Assembly (NCBI GenBank): GCA_020248405.1
Contig: JADCHQ010000017.1
Coordinates: 5,734 to 69,733, forward strand
Origin: Rhodocyclaceae bacterium
GTDB lineage: Bacteria; Pseudomonadota; Gammaproteobacteria; Burkholderiales; Ga0077523
Direction: 5' to 3'
Length of the DNA stretch: 64,000 bases
Position numbers and translations under genes: made by a program. Positions within the stretch are counted from its first letter, which is position 1, and every line of letters starts with the position of its first letter. Below the pieces are notes generated by a model, which did no database searches, was not told where the DNA came from, and saw nothing but the letters and a program-made list of their open reading frames with translations. This document shows, in pieces, positions 24,234 through 33,389 of this stretch.

Positions 24234-24656
24234 TGGTGGTCTCCCGGTTTCGAAAAGGACCAACCCCAGCGGACGGCTGCAGGGTGGTGCATTACCTTAC
24301 TCTCACTCAAACACAACCCTGCTGGCAATCCCCCGGAGAGGCATGCCAGTGAGCCGCCAGCGGTGTAACGCCGGACTTCCGACTGCATCAGGCTACCGTC
24401 CGATACGCGGGTAGGGAGGTGGGGGCGATCGAGGCGTTTGCATCCTGCTCGCCGCCCCTCGCGGCTCCCGATGTGATCCACCAGCTAATCGGTGACGGGT
24501 CCTCGCTGGCGCTCCATTGGGGCCCGGTTTGCAGCGGTTCTGCGCGGGGGAAAGATTCCGGATAGTCCTGCGCCGCAGAGGAGACGACAGTAGAGTAGGG
24601 GCTCCGCTACCCGGTTTCGGTCCCGCTCGGCGAGACCGTTGAGGTCGCCCTCGAAT

Positions 24657-24681
24657 CTCCAGCCCGCGCTGCGGGCTGGAG
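24657..24681. other. Perfect 11-bp inverted repeat (ctccagcccgc-gct-gcgggctggag)
   Basis: Seen directly; lies about 56 bp before repeat copy 2. Confidence 0.6.
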
Positions 24682-24737
24682 TCCTCAGCGGCATGAACGG
24701 GAGTGCCAGCCCAGGCCATTCCTGACCGAGCTTCGCT

Positions 24738-25061
24738 GGGGTGAAGCGCACCCACGTGCCCTACAAGGGCAGCGCGCCGGCCATTCTCGATCTGCTGGCG
24801 GGCTAGGTGCGGCTGGGCTTCGAGGTGCCCCTGGCGGTGGTGGAACACGTGCGCGCCGGCAAGCTGGCGGCCATTGTCAACGCCGGGCGCGAGCGCCTGG
24901 CCTCGCTGCCGGAGGTGCTCACGGTCCACGAGGCCGGCGTGCCGGAGCTGGATCTGCAGGCGCCCCGGGCGGGCATCTTCGTGCCCGCCAGGACGCCCGC
25001 GGCGGTGGCGGCGCGCCGGGCGCGGATCGCCAGCGACACCGGGGTCGCCGTGGGGCAGTAG
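24738..25061 (+). pseudogene. Decayed duplicate of the Bug gene 3' end
   Basis: Aligns to 21110-21562 with a CAG>TAG stop (24804-24806) and a 129-bp internal deletion. Confidence 0.92.
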
Positions 25062-25082
25062 CGCGTGCGCGGGTGTGGCGGG

Positions 25083-25754
25083 CTAGCCCGGCGAGGTCAG
25101 GGTGGCGGTGCCCGCCTGCGTGAGCGCGGGCTCGAGCATCCCCCGCAGAAGCACGTCGAGCATCAGCTCCGACCTGCGCCGAACGTCCCGCCACGGCACG
25201 TCCGTTTTGCTCCCTGACGTGATGTGCAGCGCGGCGATGCCGTGAAGGCCGCACCACAGCGTCTGGGCCACCAGATGGGCGTCCCTGAACTCCTGGCGAA
25301 ACAATCCGGCGTCGATGCACTCCTGGATGGCGTTGAGAAAAAAAACGTAGGAGTCCTGGTTCGGGTCGCTCACCTGGCCTTGCACCCCCTCGCCGGGAGG
25401 CCTGTCCGGCATGGGGGTCATGAACATCAGCCGGTAGTGATTGGGGCGTTCAAGGGCAATGTTCATGTAGGCCCGCCCAAAGGTCTTGAGCCGCTCCACT
25501 AACGAGCATTTGGCGAGCGCCGGCCGGAACGACGCCAGCATGTAGGCCATGTCTTCCGAGACCAACGCTCGGACCATCTCATCCTTGTCGGCGAAGTACT
25601 TGTAGATCGCCGCTGGCGAGTATTCGATCGCCTCGGCAACGCGCCGCAGCGTCACTGCGTCGTAGCCCTCTTGAGCAAAGAGGCAACGGGCTGCTTTGAG
25701 GATCCGTCCTCGAATCTCCTCCCGCTCCCGAGCCCGTCTTTCTGCCGTGCCCAT
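25083..25754 (-). CDS. TetR/AcrR family transcriptional regulator
   Basis: ILKAARCLFAQEGYDAVTLRRVAEAIEYSPAAIYKYF HTH; C-terminal W..LHG (WHG-like) domain. Confidence 0.93.
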   Translation of the reverse strand: MGTAERRAREREEIRGRILKAARCLFAQEGYDAVTLRRVAEAIEYSPAAIYKYFADKDEMVRALVSEDMAYMLASFRPALAKCSLVERLKTFGRAYMNIALERPNHYRLMFMTPMPDRPPGEGVQGQVSDPNQDSYVFFLNAIQECIDAGLFRQEFRDAHLVAQTLWCGLHGIAALHITSGSKTDVPWRDVRRRSELMLDVLLRGMLEPALTQAGTATLTSPG

Positions 25755-25778
25755 GACCATCCCCAACGAAAAAAAGTG

Positions 25779-25855
25779 TTGACACGGTAAACAACGTTCA
25801 ATAAAGTGACAACCGTTCGCTTAGCAAACGGTTTACGTAAGGCGAACAATGTTTA
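25779..25855 (+). promoter_or_regulatory. Sigma70-type promoter overlapped by candidate TetR operators
   Basis: TTGACA (25779) - 17 bp - TAAAGT (25802). Palindromic AAC-N3-GTT sites TAAACAACGTTCA (25788-25800) and CGAACAATGTTTA (25843-25855). Confidence 0.65.
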
Positions 25856-26011
25856 TGAATAAGTGCAACATTTTGAAGTGTAGCGCTTTTTTGGGTTCAG
25901 TCCATTCTCTTATTCACGGGGATAGGTGCTGCAACCCCGGGGCAGGTACTCACCGGGAGTCCTGCTTCCGGCAACAAGTCCGGGTCACTCAACCAAACCA
26001 GGAGTTTCATC

Positions 26012-26350
26012 ATGAACGTGCAACAAGGCAACCAACTCTTCGTCGCTGCAGCCACCGCCATCGCCCTGCTCACCGCTCCCGCCGCCTTCGCCGCGGAATC
26101 CGTACGCTCGCCCCTGTTCGTGGCCGGCAAGACGTGGAACGGCGGCTTCGCCGGTCCAAGCCACATTACGCCCGGCGGTAAGGCAGTGACCACCCGCAGC
26201 TTTGATTCCCCGGCACGCGACACCTTCGCAGGCCCGGTGATGCAGAAGTCGGTAGTGGCAGTCCAGTCGGGCAAGGCGACCACCCTTGTTCGCAACGGCC
26301 CCACGGTGAAGTACGCCGACCACAGCGCCGTCCGTAGCTTCGCCAATTGA
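26012..26350 (+). CDS. Small secreted hypothetical protein (112 aa)
   Basis: AGGAG RBS; signal peptide ending AFA-AE; followed by a hairpin. Confidence 0.75.
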   Translation: MNVQQGNQLFVAAATAIALLTAPAAFAAESVRSPLFVAGKTWNGGFAGPSHITPGGKAVTTRSFDSPARDTFAGPVMQKSVVAVQSGKATTLVRNGPTVKYADHSAVRSFAN

Positions 26351-26358
26351 GTGCGTCA

Positions 26359-26381
26359 CGGGCCGGGCTTCGCCCGGCCCG
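26359..26381 (+). terminator. GC hairpin after the small secreted gene
   Basis: cgggccgggc-ttc-gcccggcccg; no U-tract. Confidence 0.45.
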
Positions 26382-26569
26382 CCACACTGGAGTGATCCAG
26401 TAGGCGCAGGACGCCCCGCCATCCGCTCGTGTCCGGCCTTGCGTCGATTGTGGTGTTGTCACCCGGGCGGCGGTGAGGTTGCGGAGCACATGCGCAGCAA
26501 TGGGTAGCCGTTCGAGAGGGACCGGGTGGTCTGCGCACATCGGGCGGAGCCTGCCTGCCACTGCTGCGG

Positions 26570-27577
26570 TCACGCCAGCGACAGGCTGCGCGCCCGCAGT
26601 TGCCCGCAACCGCCTTCCACGTCCTGGGCTGCGGAATGGCGCAATTTGGCAAGCACGCCGCGCTGACGCAGGGCGCGCACCATCTGCGCGGCTCTTTGAA
26701 GTTCCGGCCGGCGCAAGGGGCTGCCGGGAATGGGATTGAAGGCGATGAAATTCATCACCGCGTATTGACCCGTCAGCAGCCGGGCGATGGCGTCCACCTC
26801 GTCGTCGCCGTCGTTGATGCCCGCTAGAAGGGTCCACTGATACTGCACCGGGTAGCCCGTGGTCCGGGCGTACTCGCCAGCCAATGCCACCAACTCGGCG
26901 GGCGACAGGCGCGGCGCGCGTGGCAGCAACTCGGTACGCAACTGGGGCTTGGTGGTGTGCAGCGACAGGGCTAGCGCCGGCTTCACCGGGCCCTCGGGCA
27001 GTCGCTCGAAGGCGCGGCGGTCGCCCACGGTGGAGAACACCAGTTGCTTGTGACCAATGCCGCCGGCCGTGCCGAGCCAGTGGATGGAATCGAGCACGTT
27101 GTCCAGGTTGTGGGCGGGTTCGCCCATGCCCATGAAGACCACCTTTCGAACCCGGTGGCCGCGGGCCCGGGCCAGGACCACCTGGGCGATGATTTCGGCG
27201 CTGCCAAGGTGGCGCTTCACGCCCTCGCGGCCGGTCATGCAAAAGACGCATCCCACCGCGCAGCCCGCCTGGGTGGATACGCACACCCCTTCGCGCGGCA
27301 GCAATACGCTTTCCACGGACTGGCCGTCCGAAAGATCCACCAGCAGCCGCGTGGCGCCGTCGGCTGCCGGATGGGCCGTGCGCACACGGGCGATGGCGTC
27401 GAACTGTTGCTCCAGCGCAGGCAGGGCCGCCCGCAAGCACGCCGGAAAAAACTGATCCGGGCGGGAGTGTCCGGCATCAAGGGAGCGGCCTTGCAGCCAC
27501 GCCCGCAGGGCGAGCTTTTCGTGTTCAGGCCCGGCGCCGTGGGTTCGCAGCAACTGGCGTAATTGATCGATGTTCAC
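26570..27577 (-). CDS. RlmN/Cfr-family radical SAM methyltransferase (short paralogue)
   Basis: CVSTQAGCAVGCVFC, MGMGEP, ALSLH, C-terminal GGCGQL. Confidence 0.9.
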   Translation of the reverse strand: MNIDQLRQLLRTHGAGPEHEKLALRAWLQGRSLDAGHSRPDQFFPACLRAALPALEQQFDAIARVRTAHPAADGATRLLVDLSDGQSVESVLLPREGVCVSTQAGCAVGCVFCMTGREGVKRHLGSAEIIAQVVLARARGHRVRKVVFMGMGEPAHNLDNVLDSIHWLGTAGGIGHKQLVFSTVGDRRAFERLPEGPVKPALALSLHTTKPQLRTELLPRAPRLSPAELVALAGEYARTTGYPVQYQWTLLAGINDGDDEVDAIARLLTGQYAVMNFIAFNPIPGSPLRRPELQRAAQMVRALRQRGVLAKLRHSAAQDVEGGCGQLRARSLSLA

Positions 27578-27582
27578 AATCG

Positions 27583-29043
27583 TCAGGAGGCAGGCTGGCT
27601 GTCGGCTCTGGAGATGCGGGCGTCGGACCGGCCCCGGGAGCCGAACAGCAAGGTGATGTTGATTCGACGGTTCTCGTAACCGGACTTGAAATGGAAATGA
27701 TCGGTCTCGTGGAACAGGTCAGAGTCGAAGAACACTGCGCGGTTCTCGCGGTAGGGAACGCGAACGGCCGCACCGCCCTCCGATTGCAGGTAGTGGCGGA
27801 TTTCCTCAGGTTCGGAGTTGAAGCGGCGGAATCCCCAGCCATCCGGTGCGTCGCGCGTGTGGACCACCAGGCCGCCGCGGCTGGAGTCCAGGTTGGCGCC
27901 GTCCGGTGTTATCCAGAAGTTCACGTTCACCGCCGCTTCATCGGCGTGCAAACCGATGCCGGCTTGCTGCGAGTCGTATTTATAGGCCCACATGGTTTGC
28001 AGAGGCAGATCACCGATCACGCGGGGCATGCGTTGGCGGAGCTCTGCGACCAACTGCAGCATCAGGCGGCTAGCGAAACCGTCGTGCATGTAGGCGCCGA
28101 GATAGCCGGCCTTCAAGTCATTCCAGACCGTGCTTTCCAAGCACCATCCGCGCAGTGCGGCCAGCCCCTGCGCTGTGAGCAGACCGTCAATCCAAGCCAG
28201 GTTGGGGTCCGCCGCGAGGTAGTGCGCCTCGATTTCCGTCCACGGCAGATTCGCGGACACCATGCCGCCGGCGGGAGGGTCCGGATCGGGGGCATGCACG
28301 GGTCGCTTCCAGGTTGCGGCAAGCAGCGGATAGCGCCCGGGATCAAGCGGTGCGCGTTGATAGGGTTCCAGCGGCAGGCCTGGGTCCTCCAGCGCGCGAC
28401 GGTACTCGTCCAGCACGGCATCGAATTCACGGTGCAGTTTTCCCAGGCGGCGCAGATACTCCATTTGCTCGATATCGTGAGTGAGCTTGAAGCGCGCGCA
28501 TTGCCAGTCGGTGCTTTGGAGATCGATGCCGGCTGGCGCGCCTGTCGGAACGGGATTGCCGATGCCCCAGGGGTGACCGCGTGCCAGGGCGCGGGCAGCC
28601 GCGAAATCGGCGGCTGCGTCCGCATCGCGCTTCTGGTCGAGGCGGACGAGACCGCGGTTGAAGCGGGCGTGCGGCGATTCGGGTGCGATCCGGACCGCGT
28701 GCTCAAGCAGGGTCTGCGCCTCGGCCGCGCGCCCCAGAGTCCGGGCATCGAGGGCTGCGCAGCACAGCGCACCAACGTGATTCGGTTCGATTTCGAGCGC
28801 TTGGGTGAATGCCTGGTGTGCCTGCTCGGTACGGGCCATTTCGTCGCAGACATTGCCCAGCAGGTACAGGGCATCGAAATCCTGTCCGTGGCGGGCTAGC
28901 AGTCCGTCCAGGACCAGGGCCGCCTCCTGGGCGAGACCCTGTTCGGCCAGCGCACGCGCGTGCGCCATTCCAGACTGAAAGTCGTCTTGCGGGGCCGGTG
29001 TGGCCGGCTCACGCCGCGCGCTGAAGGGATTGCGAAACCGCAT
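27583..29043 (-). CDS. TPR-repeat protein with C-terminal 2OG-Fe(II) oxygenase-like domain
   Basis: N-terminal TPR helices; C-terminal GLHADEAAVNVNFW (HxD), FHETD, RRINIT. Confidence 0.75.
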   Translation of the reverse strand: MRFRNPFSARREPATPAPQDDFQSGMAHARALAEQGLAQEAALVLDGLLARHGQDFDALYLLGNVCDEMARTEQAHQAFTQALEIEPNHVGALCCAALDARTLGRAAEAQTLLEHAVRIAPESPHARFNRGLVRLDQKRDADAAADFAAARALARGHPWGIGNPVPTGAPAGIDLQSTDWQCARFKLTHDIEQMEYLRRLGKLHREFDAVLDEYRRALEDPGLPLEPYQRAPLDPGRYPLLAATWKRPVHAPDPDPPAGGMVSANLPWTEIEAHYLAADPNLAWIDGLLTAQGLAALRGWCLESTVWNDLKAGYLGAYMHDGFASRLMLQLVAELRQRMPRVIGDLPLQTMWAYKYDSQQAGIGLHADEAAVNVNFWITPDGANLDSSRGGLVVHTRDAPDGWGFRRFNSEPEEIRHYLQSEGGAAVRVPYRENRAVFFDSDLFHETDHFHFKSGYENRRINITLLFGSRGRSDARISRADSQPAS

Positions 29044-29116
29044 GGGTTGTTCTCCTGGCTGGACAATTCGGCCCAGGGACGGGTGCTGGCGGAGCGAAAC
29101 GGCGTGACGTCGGACC

Positions 29117-29554
29117 TCAGCCTCCCTGGGTGCGCACCCAGTCCACGAGATCGCGGGCGCTCATGGCACCGCAATGGCGCGCCACTTCCTGTCCGCCACG
29201 GAACAGCGCCAGCGTGGGAATGCTACGGATGCCATGCAGCGCCCCCAGGTTAGGCTCAGCTTCGGTATCCACCTTGACCATGCGCACGCGGGGTTCAAGC
29301 ACCGTGGTGGCTTGGGCAAAGTGCGGCGCCATCATGCGGCAAGGGCCGCACCAGGGCGCCCAGAAATCTACCACCACGGGGATGCCGTTGCGAGCCACGT
29401 GGCGCTCGAAGCGGGGCGCGTCAAGCGCCACGGGCGCGCCGGTGAACAGCGGCTGGTGGCATTTGCCGCATTGGGGTTGCCGCGACAGGCGCTCGGCGGG
29501 CAGCCGATTGACGGCATCGCAATGGGGGCAGACCAGGTGCAGGGTGTTTTCCAT
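29117..29554 (-). CDS. trxC: Thioredoxin 2
   Basis: N-terminal zinc-binding CPHC..CGKC and WCGPC active site. Confidence 0.93.
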   Translation of the reverse strand: MENTLHLVCPHCDAVNRLPAERLSRQPQCGKCHQPLFTGAPVALDAPRFERHVARNGIPVVVDFWAPWCGPCRMMAPHFAQATTVLEPRVRMVKVDTEAEPNLGALHGIRSIPTLALFRGGQEVARHCGAMSARDLVDWVRTQGG

Positions 29555-29770
29555 GGAGGCTAGGGTCCAGTTTGGCGGGTAGATGGGGTTGGCTAAGCCA
29601 GAGGCAAGCGTGCCGAACCCGTGCCACGTGACCGAGAAGCGCGTTCAGGGCGCGCTGCGGGCGACCCGGTGGCAGAATGCGTGCACTTGCCGCTTCTGTG
29701 GCGCCGCACCCGACACCACCTCCAACGCCATGCGCTGCACCCTCCGCAACCGACACAAGGGGCACTCCTG

Positions 29771-30292
29771 ATGCGCATTGTCGATGGCGACGAGGCCAGG
29801 CACGGCGAGGCAGTGCGGGCGGTTTTCAATGACGCCATCGCGCACTCCACCGCGCTCTATGAATACCGCCCGCGCAGCCCTGCGACGATGGCGGCCTGGT
29901 TCGCGGCCAAGCGCGACGCAGGCCTGCCGGTGCTGGTGGCCGAGGATGAGGCCGGCACGCTGCTGGGGTTTACCTCCTGGGGGCCCTTCCGGGCGTTCCC
30001 GGCCTTCAAGTACACCGTGGAGCATTCGGTCTATGTGCGCGGGGATCGCCGCGGCGGCGGTGTGGGCACGGCGCTGCTCACGGCGCTGCTGGAGACGGCC
30101 ACCCTGCGGGAGGTGCACGTGATGGTGGGCGCCGTGGACGCGGGCAACGCCGCCAGCCTGGCCCTGCACCGGCGCCTGGGCTTCGTGCACGCCGGACGGC
30201 TCGATGCGGTGGGTTTCAAGTTTGGCCGCTGGCTCGACCTGGATTTTTACCAAAGGGTGCTGGCGGGACCAGCCGAGCCCTGCGACGGCTGA
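29771..30292 (+). CDS. GNAT N-acetyltransferase (phosphinothricin/methionine sulfoximine acetyltransferase-like)
   Basis: YTVEHSVYV, RGGGVG, NAASLALH, GFKFGRWLD. Confidence 0.9.
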   Translation: MRIVDGDEARHGEAVRAVFNDAIAHSTALYEYRPRSPATMAAWFAAKRDAGLPVLVAEDEAGTLLGFTSWGPFRAFPAFKYTVEHSVYVRGDRRGGGVGTALLTALLETATLREVHVMVGAVDAGNAASLALHRRLGFVHAGRLDAVGFKFGRWLDLDFYQRVLAGPAEPCDG

Positions 30293-30322
30293 AGGGCCTT
30301 GCACGCGCCGCGGAGCAGGGCT

Positions 30323-30655
30323 TCAGGCGGTGGTGTTGGGCGCGTAGAGCTCCACCACGTTGCCTTCCGGATCAGTCACCTGGATGGCGGAGAACTCCGG
30401 CCCCACGTACACCGGCTTTTCGAAACGTCCGGCCCACTGGTCGAGCGCGCCGCGGTCTGGCAGGCGGAATCCCAGGTGCAACTCGGGGCCCCGGCCGAGA
30501 GGTTCCCCGGCCTGGAACACCAGCAGCACGCCGGGTCCACGGGCACGATGCTCGTCCTGGCGCAGGCCGAAGGTTTCAGCGTACCAGCGTGCCTGAGCGA
30601 TGGGGTCGCGCGCGGGAATGTTGAGGTGATCCAGTGCGAGGGCGGGAGCAGTCAT
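30323..30655 (-). CDS. VOC/glyoxalase family protein
   Basis: LDHLNI, LHLGF, TDPEGNVVEL. Confidence 0.85.
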   Translation of the reverse strand: MTAPALALDHLNIPARDPIAQARWYAETFGLRQDEHRARGPGVLLVFQAGEPLGRGPELHLGFRLPDRGALDQWAGRFEKPVYVGPEFSAIQVTDPEGNVVELYAPNTTA

Positions 30656-30940
30656 GGCGCGGGGCGCGGGGCGTGATAGATGCCCCGATGGTAGAGCAAG
30701 ACACGGCGTTTCGCCCCTGATGGCGCGGTCAGGCGCGCTCGGCGATTCACCACGGCGGTGCAACTGAACCTCCACCCGCACCGCGTGGCTCGCTCGCCTT
30801 CCAAATCCAGCGCCCCGCGCGTGGACCAACGATTCATCCAGGCGCGGATGGTGTGCCAGCTTCTCAATCGCTTGGGCAGACCGCGCTGTGTGCCCGCCGC
30901 TGGCCTCGACCAGCAGCGCGGCCGCAGCGCCCGCGGGGCA

Positions 30941-31948
30941 CTAACGGTGACCCGGAGAGGGTGACGTTCGCCGAGGCCGGGGGCTTCGGGAAGGGTCCTC
31001 TGCCGAGGACGGAGCGAGCCGCGAGCGCAGAGCTCGTTCGAGCTGGTTCCAAACGTAGCGCATCGATGCAGAGCGGCGCAGCTCGTCGTGCGCACACAGC
31101 CATACCTCCTGCTTCTGGCTGAAGCGGTCGGCCAGCACGCGTCGCAGGCCAGGCTTGGTGACGGCAACGTCGACCAGGTAGGCGGCGATGCCCATGCCGG
31201 CCTCGACGGCCGCGTGGCGCGCCAGAATCGCGTCTGTGCGCAGCCGGAAGCGGACGGGCTGGGCCGGGGGCTCGCCATGCACCATCGGCGCCAGCGGCGT
31301 GGCGTCTCGATCGAAGCCCGCCACGAAAGCGCCCTCGGGGACATCAAAGCCTTCCAGGTCGCCGCTGCGCTGCAGAAGCGATTCGTGCGCGTAGAGGCCG
31401 AGCTCGGTGTTGCCAACGTGCATGGTTATCAGACCGTCCTGCTCGGGTCTGAAGAAGCGCACCGCGATGTCGGCCTCACGGCGCAGCAGGTTCTCGGCCC
31501 GGTTGGAAACCGACAGCTCGATCTCAAGCTCCGGCTGCTCCGCCAGCATGCGGGCTACCAGGGGCGCCACCACATGCGTGGCATACACCTCCGAGGCGGC
31601 AATACGCACCGTGCCCACCAACGCATCGCGGGCGCCGGCGAACAGCCGCTCGGCCTCGCGCGCCGACGCCTTCATGACCGAGATGGCGGCGTGCAGCGCG
31701 TGCGCCCGCTCGGTGGGTTTCAGCCGGCCGGGCTGGCGCGCGAACAGCACCTCGCCCAGTGCAAGCTCCAGTTCTCGCACGTGGCGGCCGACGCTGGGTT
31801 GGGTGGTGGCCAGCCGGCGTGCGGCCTCGGTGAGCGTGCCAGCCTCGTAGACGGCGATGAACGAGCGCAGCAGGTTCCAGTCGGAGAGCTGCGGCCCTGC
31901 CGGCGGGGCCGCGCGAACGGGATCACCAGGACGTGCTCGCTCGGGCAT
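30941..31948 (-). CDS. LysR family transcriptional regulator
   Basis: DWNLLRSF..GTLTEAARRLATTQPSVGRHVRELE HTH; ENLLRREADIAVR. Confidence 0.93.
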   Translation of the reverse strand: MPERARPGDPVRAAPPAGPQLSDWNLLRSFIAVYEAGTLTEAARRLATTQPSVGRHVRELELALGEVLFARQPGRLKPTERAHALHAAISVMKASAREAERLFAGARDALVGTVRIAASEVYATHVVAPLVARMLAEQPELEIELSVSNRAENLLRREADIAVRFFRPEQDGLITMHVGNTELGLYAHESLLQRSGDLEGFDVPEGAFVAGFDRDATPLAPMVHGEPPAQPVRFRLRTDAILARHAAVEAGMGIAAYLVDVAVTKPGLRRVLADRFSQKQEVWLCAHDELRRSASMRYVWNQLERALRSRLAPSSAEDPSRSPRPRRTSPSPGHR

Positions 31949-31968
31949 CGCGGCAGTATCGCACGCGC

Positions 31969-33165
31969 TCAGGTGCGCAGCAGCTTGTCCAGCTCGCGGC
32001 GCGGTGCGGGCGCCGCCGGCGCAGTCGAGTACCCGACGCGCGCCAGCATCTGCACGGTGCCTTGGGACGGGTCCACCCCCAGCGCGTCATGGACGGCGGC
32101 ATAGGGTCCACGCATGGCATCGAACTCCTGGAGCGCGTTCGACAGAGGGTGCATGTCGGCACCCGCTGCGGTGGCCAGGAGGTGCTGCCTCACGTAGGCG
32201 CGGCCGGCTTCCACCTGCTGCACACGAGTGTTCCCCATGCTGGCGAGCCAGAGAAAGCCGCTGCCGGTCTCCAGCGGCGTCCAGCGGTCCATGATGCGCT
32301 GCAGGCTGGACTTGCCGCGCTGCGGCACTTCCATGGGATCGAACAGGCCCGCGGTGTAGAGAAAACGAACCATAGGGCTCGAGAGGCTGATGCCGTCGCG
32401 GTGCCTGGCAATTGCGTCGGGGCCGATCCGGAACAGCCGCGCCGACTCCAGCCAGGTGGCTGGCGTCGTGGCTTCGATTTCGTAGGCCTCGCGCGTGATG
32501 CGGCGCAGCGCGGCTAGTGGCTCGGGCTTCGTCACGGTGCCAGCCTGCAGGCCGTGGCGGCGGGCGGTCTCCACCCATGCCGACGTCAACGCCTCGGGCA
32601 GGGCGCGGCCCTCGGCGTAAGCGCCCTTGGCGGTATGGCGCCGCGCGATGGCGGCGTACAGCGGGTCACGCTGGGCCGACCCCGCCGGGCCTGGCGTCAG
32701 CGTGGCCACCACGGTGCCAGCCGGCAAGCTGCGCGCCGCCGGCGCACCCTGCGGGAACAACGTCACGCTCACCGTGTGCCCGCGCTCGGCCGCGGCGATG
32801 ACGGCCAACTCGATGAACGCGCCGCAGCCGATGAAGATCTGGCGGCCGAAGGGATCGGTCTCCGGCAGCAGCCGCTTGTCGTCGCACAGCAGGTGGATGC
32901 GGCCCGGTTCGCGCAGGTCGGCGATCCAGGACTGGTAGTTGTGTGGGTTGGGCGCCAGCAGTGCGTGCGCCAGCATGAAGCGGTGCAGTTCGGTCTCGGC
33001 GGGGGCCGCGCGCCAGGGCCGCACCGCGACCTCTGGCGGCCCTGAGGCGCAACCGGCCGTACCCAGACCGGCAGCCATGACGACACCGCCGCCCACCAGG
33101 CGGAGAAATGCGCGGCGCCGCGGCTGCGACGATGGGATGCCCGCGAAAGGGGCGTGGTGGTTCAT
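31969..33165 (-). CDS. Tat-exported Acg-type FMN-binding nitroreductase-fold protein
   Basis: RRRAFL twin-arginine signal with TAGC lipobox-like end; APNPHNYQSW, LPETDPFGRQ, RRHT. Confidence 0.82.
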   Translation of the reverse strand: MNHHAPFAGIPSSQPRRRAFLRLVGGGVVMAAGLGTAGCASGPPEVAVRPWRAAPAETELHRFMLAHALLAPNPHNYQSWIADLREPGRIHLLCDDKRLLPETDPFGRQIFIGCGAFIELAVIAAAERGHTVSVTLFPQGAPAARSLPAGTVVATLTPGPAGSAQRDPLYAAIARRHTAKGAYAEGRALPEALTSAWVETARRHGLQAGTVTKPEPLAALRRITREAYEIEATTPATWLESARLFRIGPDAIARHRDGISLSSPMVRFLYTAGLFDPMEVPQRGKSSLQRIMDRWTPLETGSGFLWLASMGNTRVQQVEAGRAYVRQHLLATAAGADMHPLSNALQEFDAMRGPYAAVHDALGVDPSQGTVQMLARVGYSTAPAAPAPRRELDKLLRT

Positions 33166-33234
33166 ATCGGTACCCAAGGGTTGATGGAACGAGGTGCCAT
33201 GTTGGGCTGGCGCTGGCAACTCGGCCAGAGTCGA

Positions 33235-33266
33235 GCTGGCATGCCAGCCATGCACGGTTGCATGGC
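33235..33266. promoter_or_regulatory. Overlapping inverted repeats, candidate regulator (LysR) site
   Basis: gctggcatgccagc (33235-33248) and gccatgca-cggt-tgcatggc (33247-33266) upstream of the nitroreductase-LysR pair. Confidence 0.45.
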
Positions 33267-33389
33267 GACGGGGGTCGTGGATTTGGCGGCCCAGCTGGCG
33301 GCTGGCGCCGCGGAATCACTCGGTGCGGCGCCGGCAAAGAAAAAGGGGTTCGCCAGCCCGGGATACCCGAACAGCCCGCCTTGGCAGCC

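Noticed and set aside
25338-25345. A8 tract inside the TetR gene as a phase-variation site
   Set aside because: Short and in frame (encodes VFF); weak evidence.
26570-27577. Cfr antibiotic-resistance methyltransferase
   Set aside because: Family motifs are shared with RlmN; nothing visible supports Cfr specificity or a mobile context.
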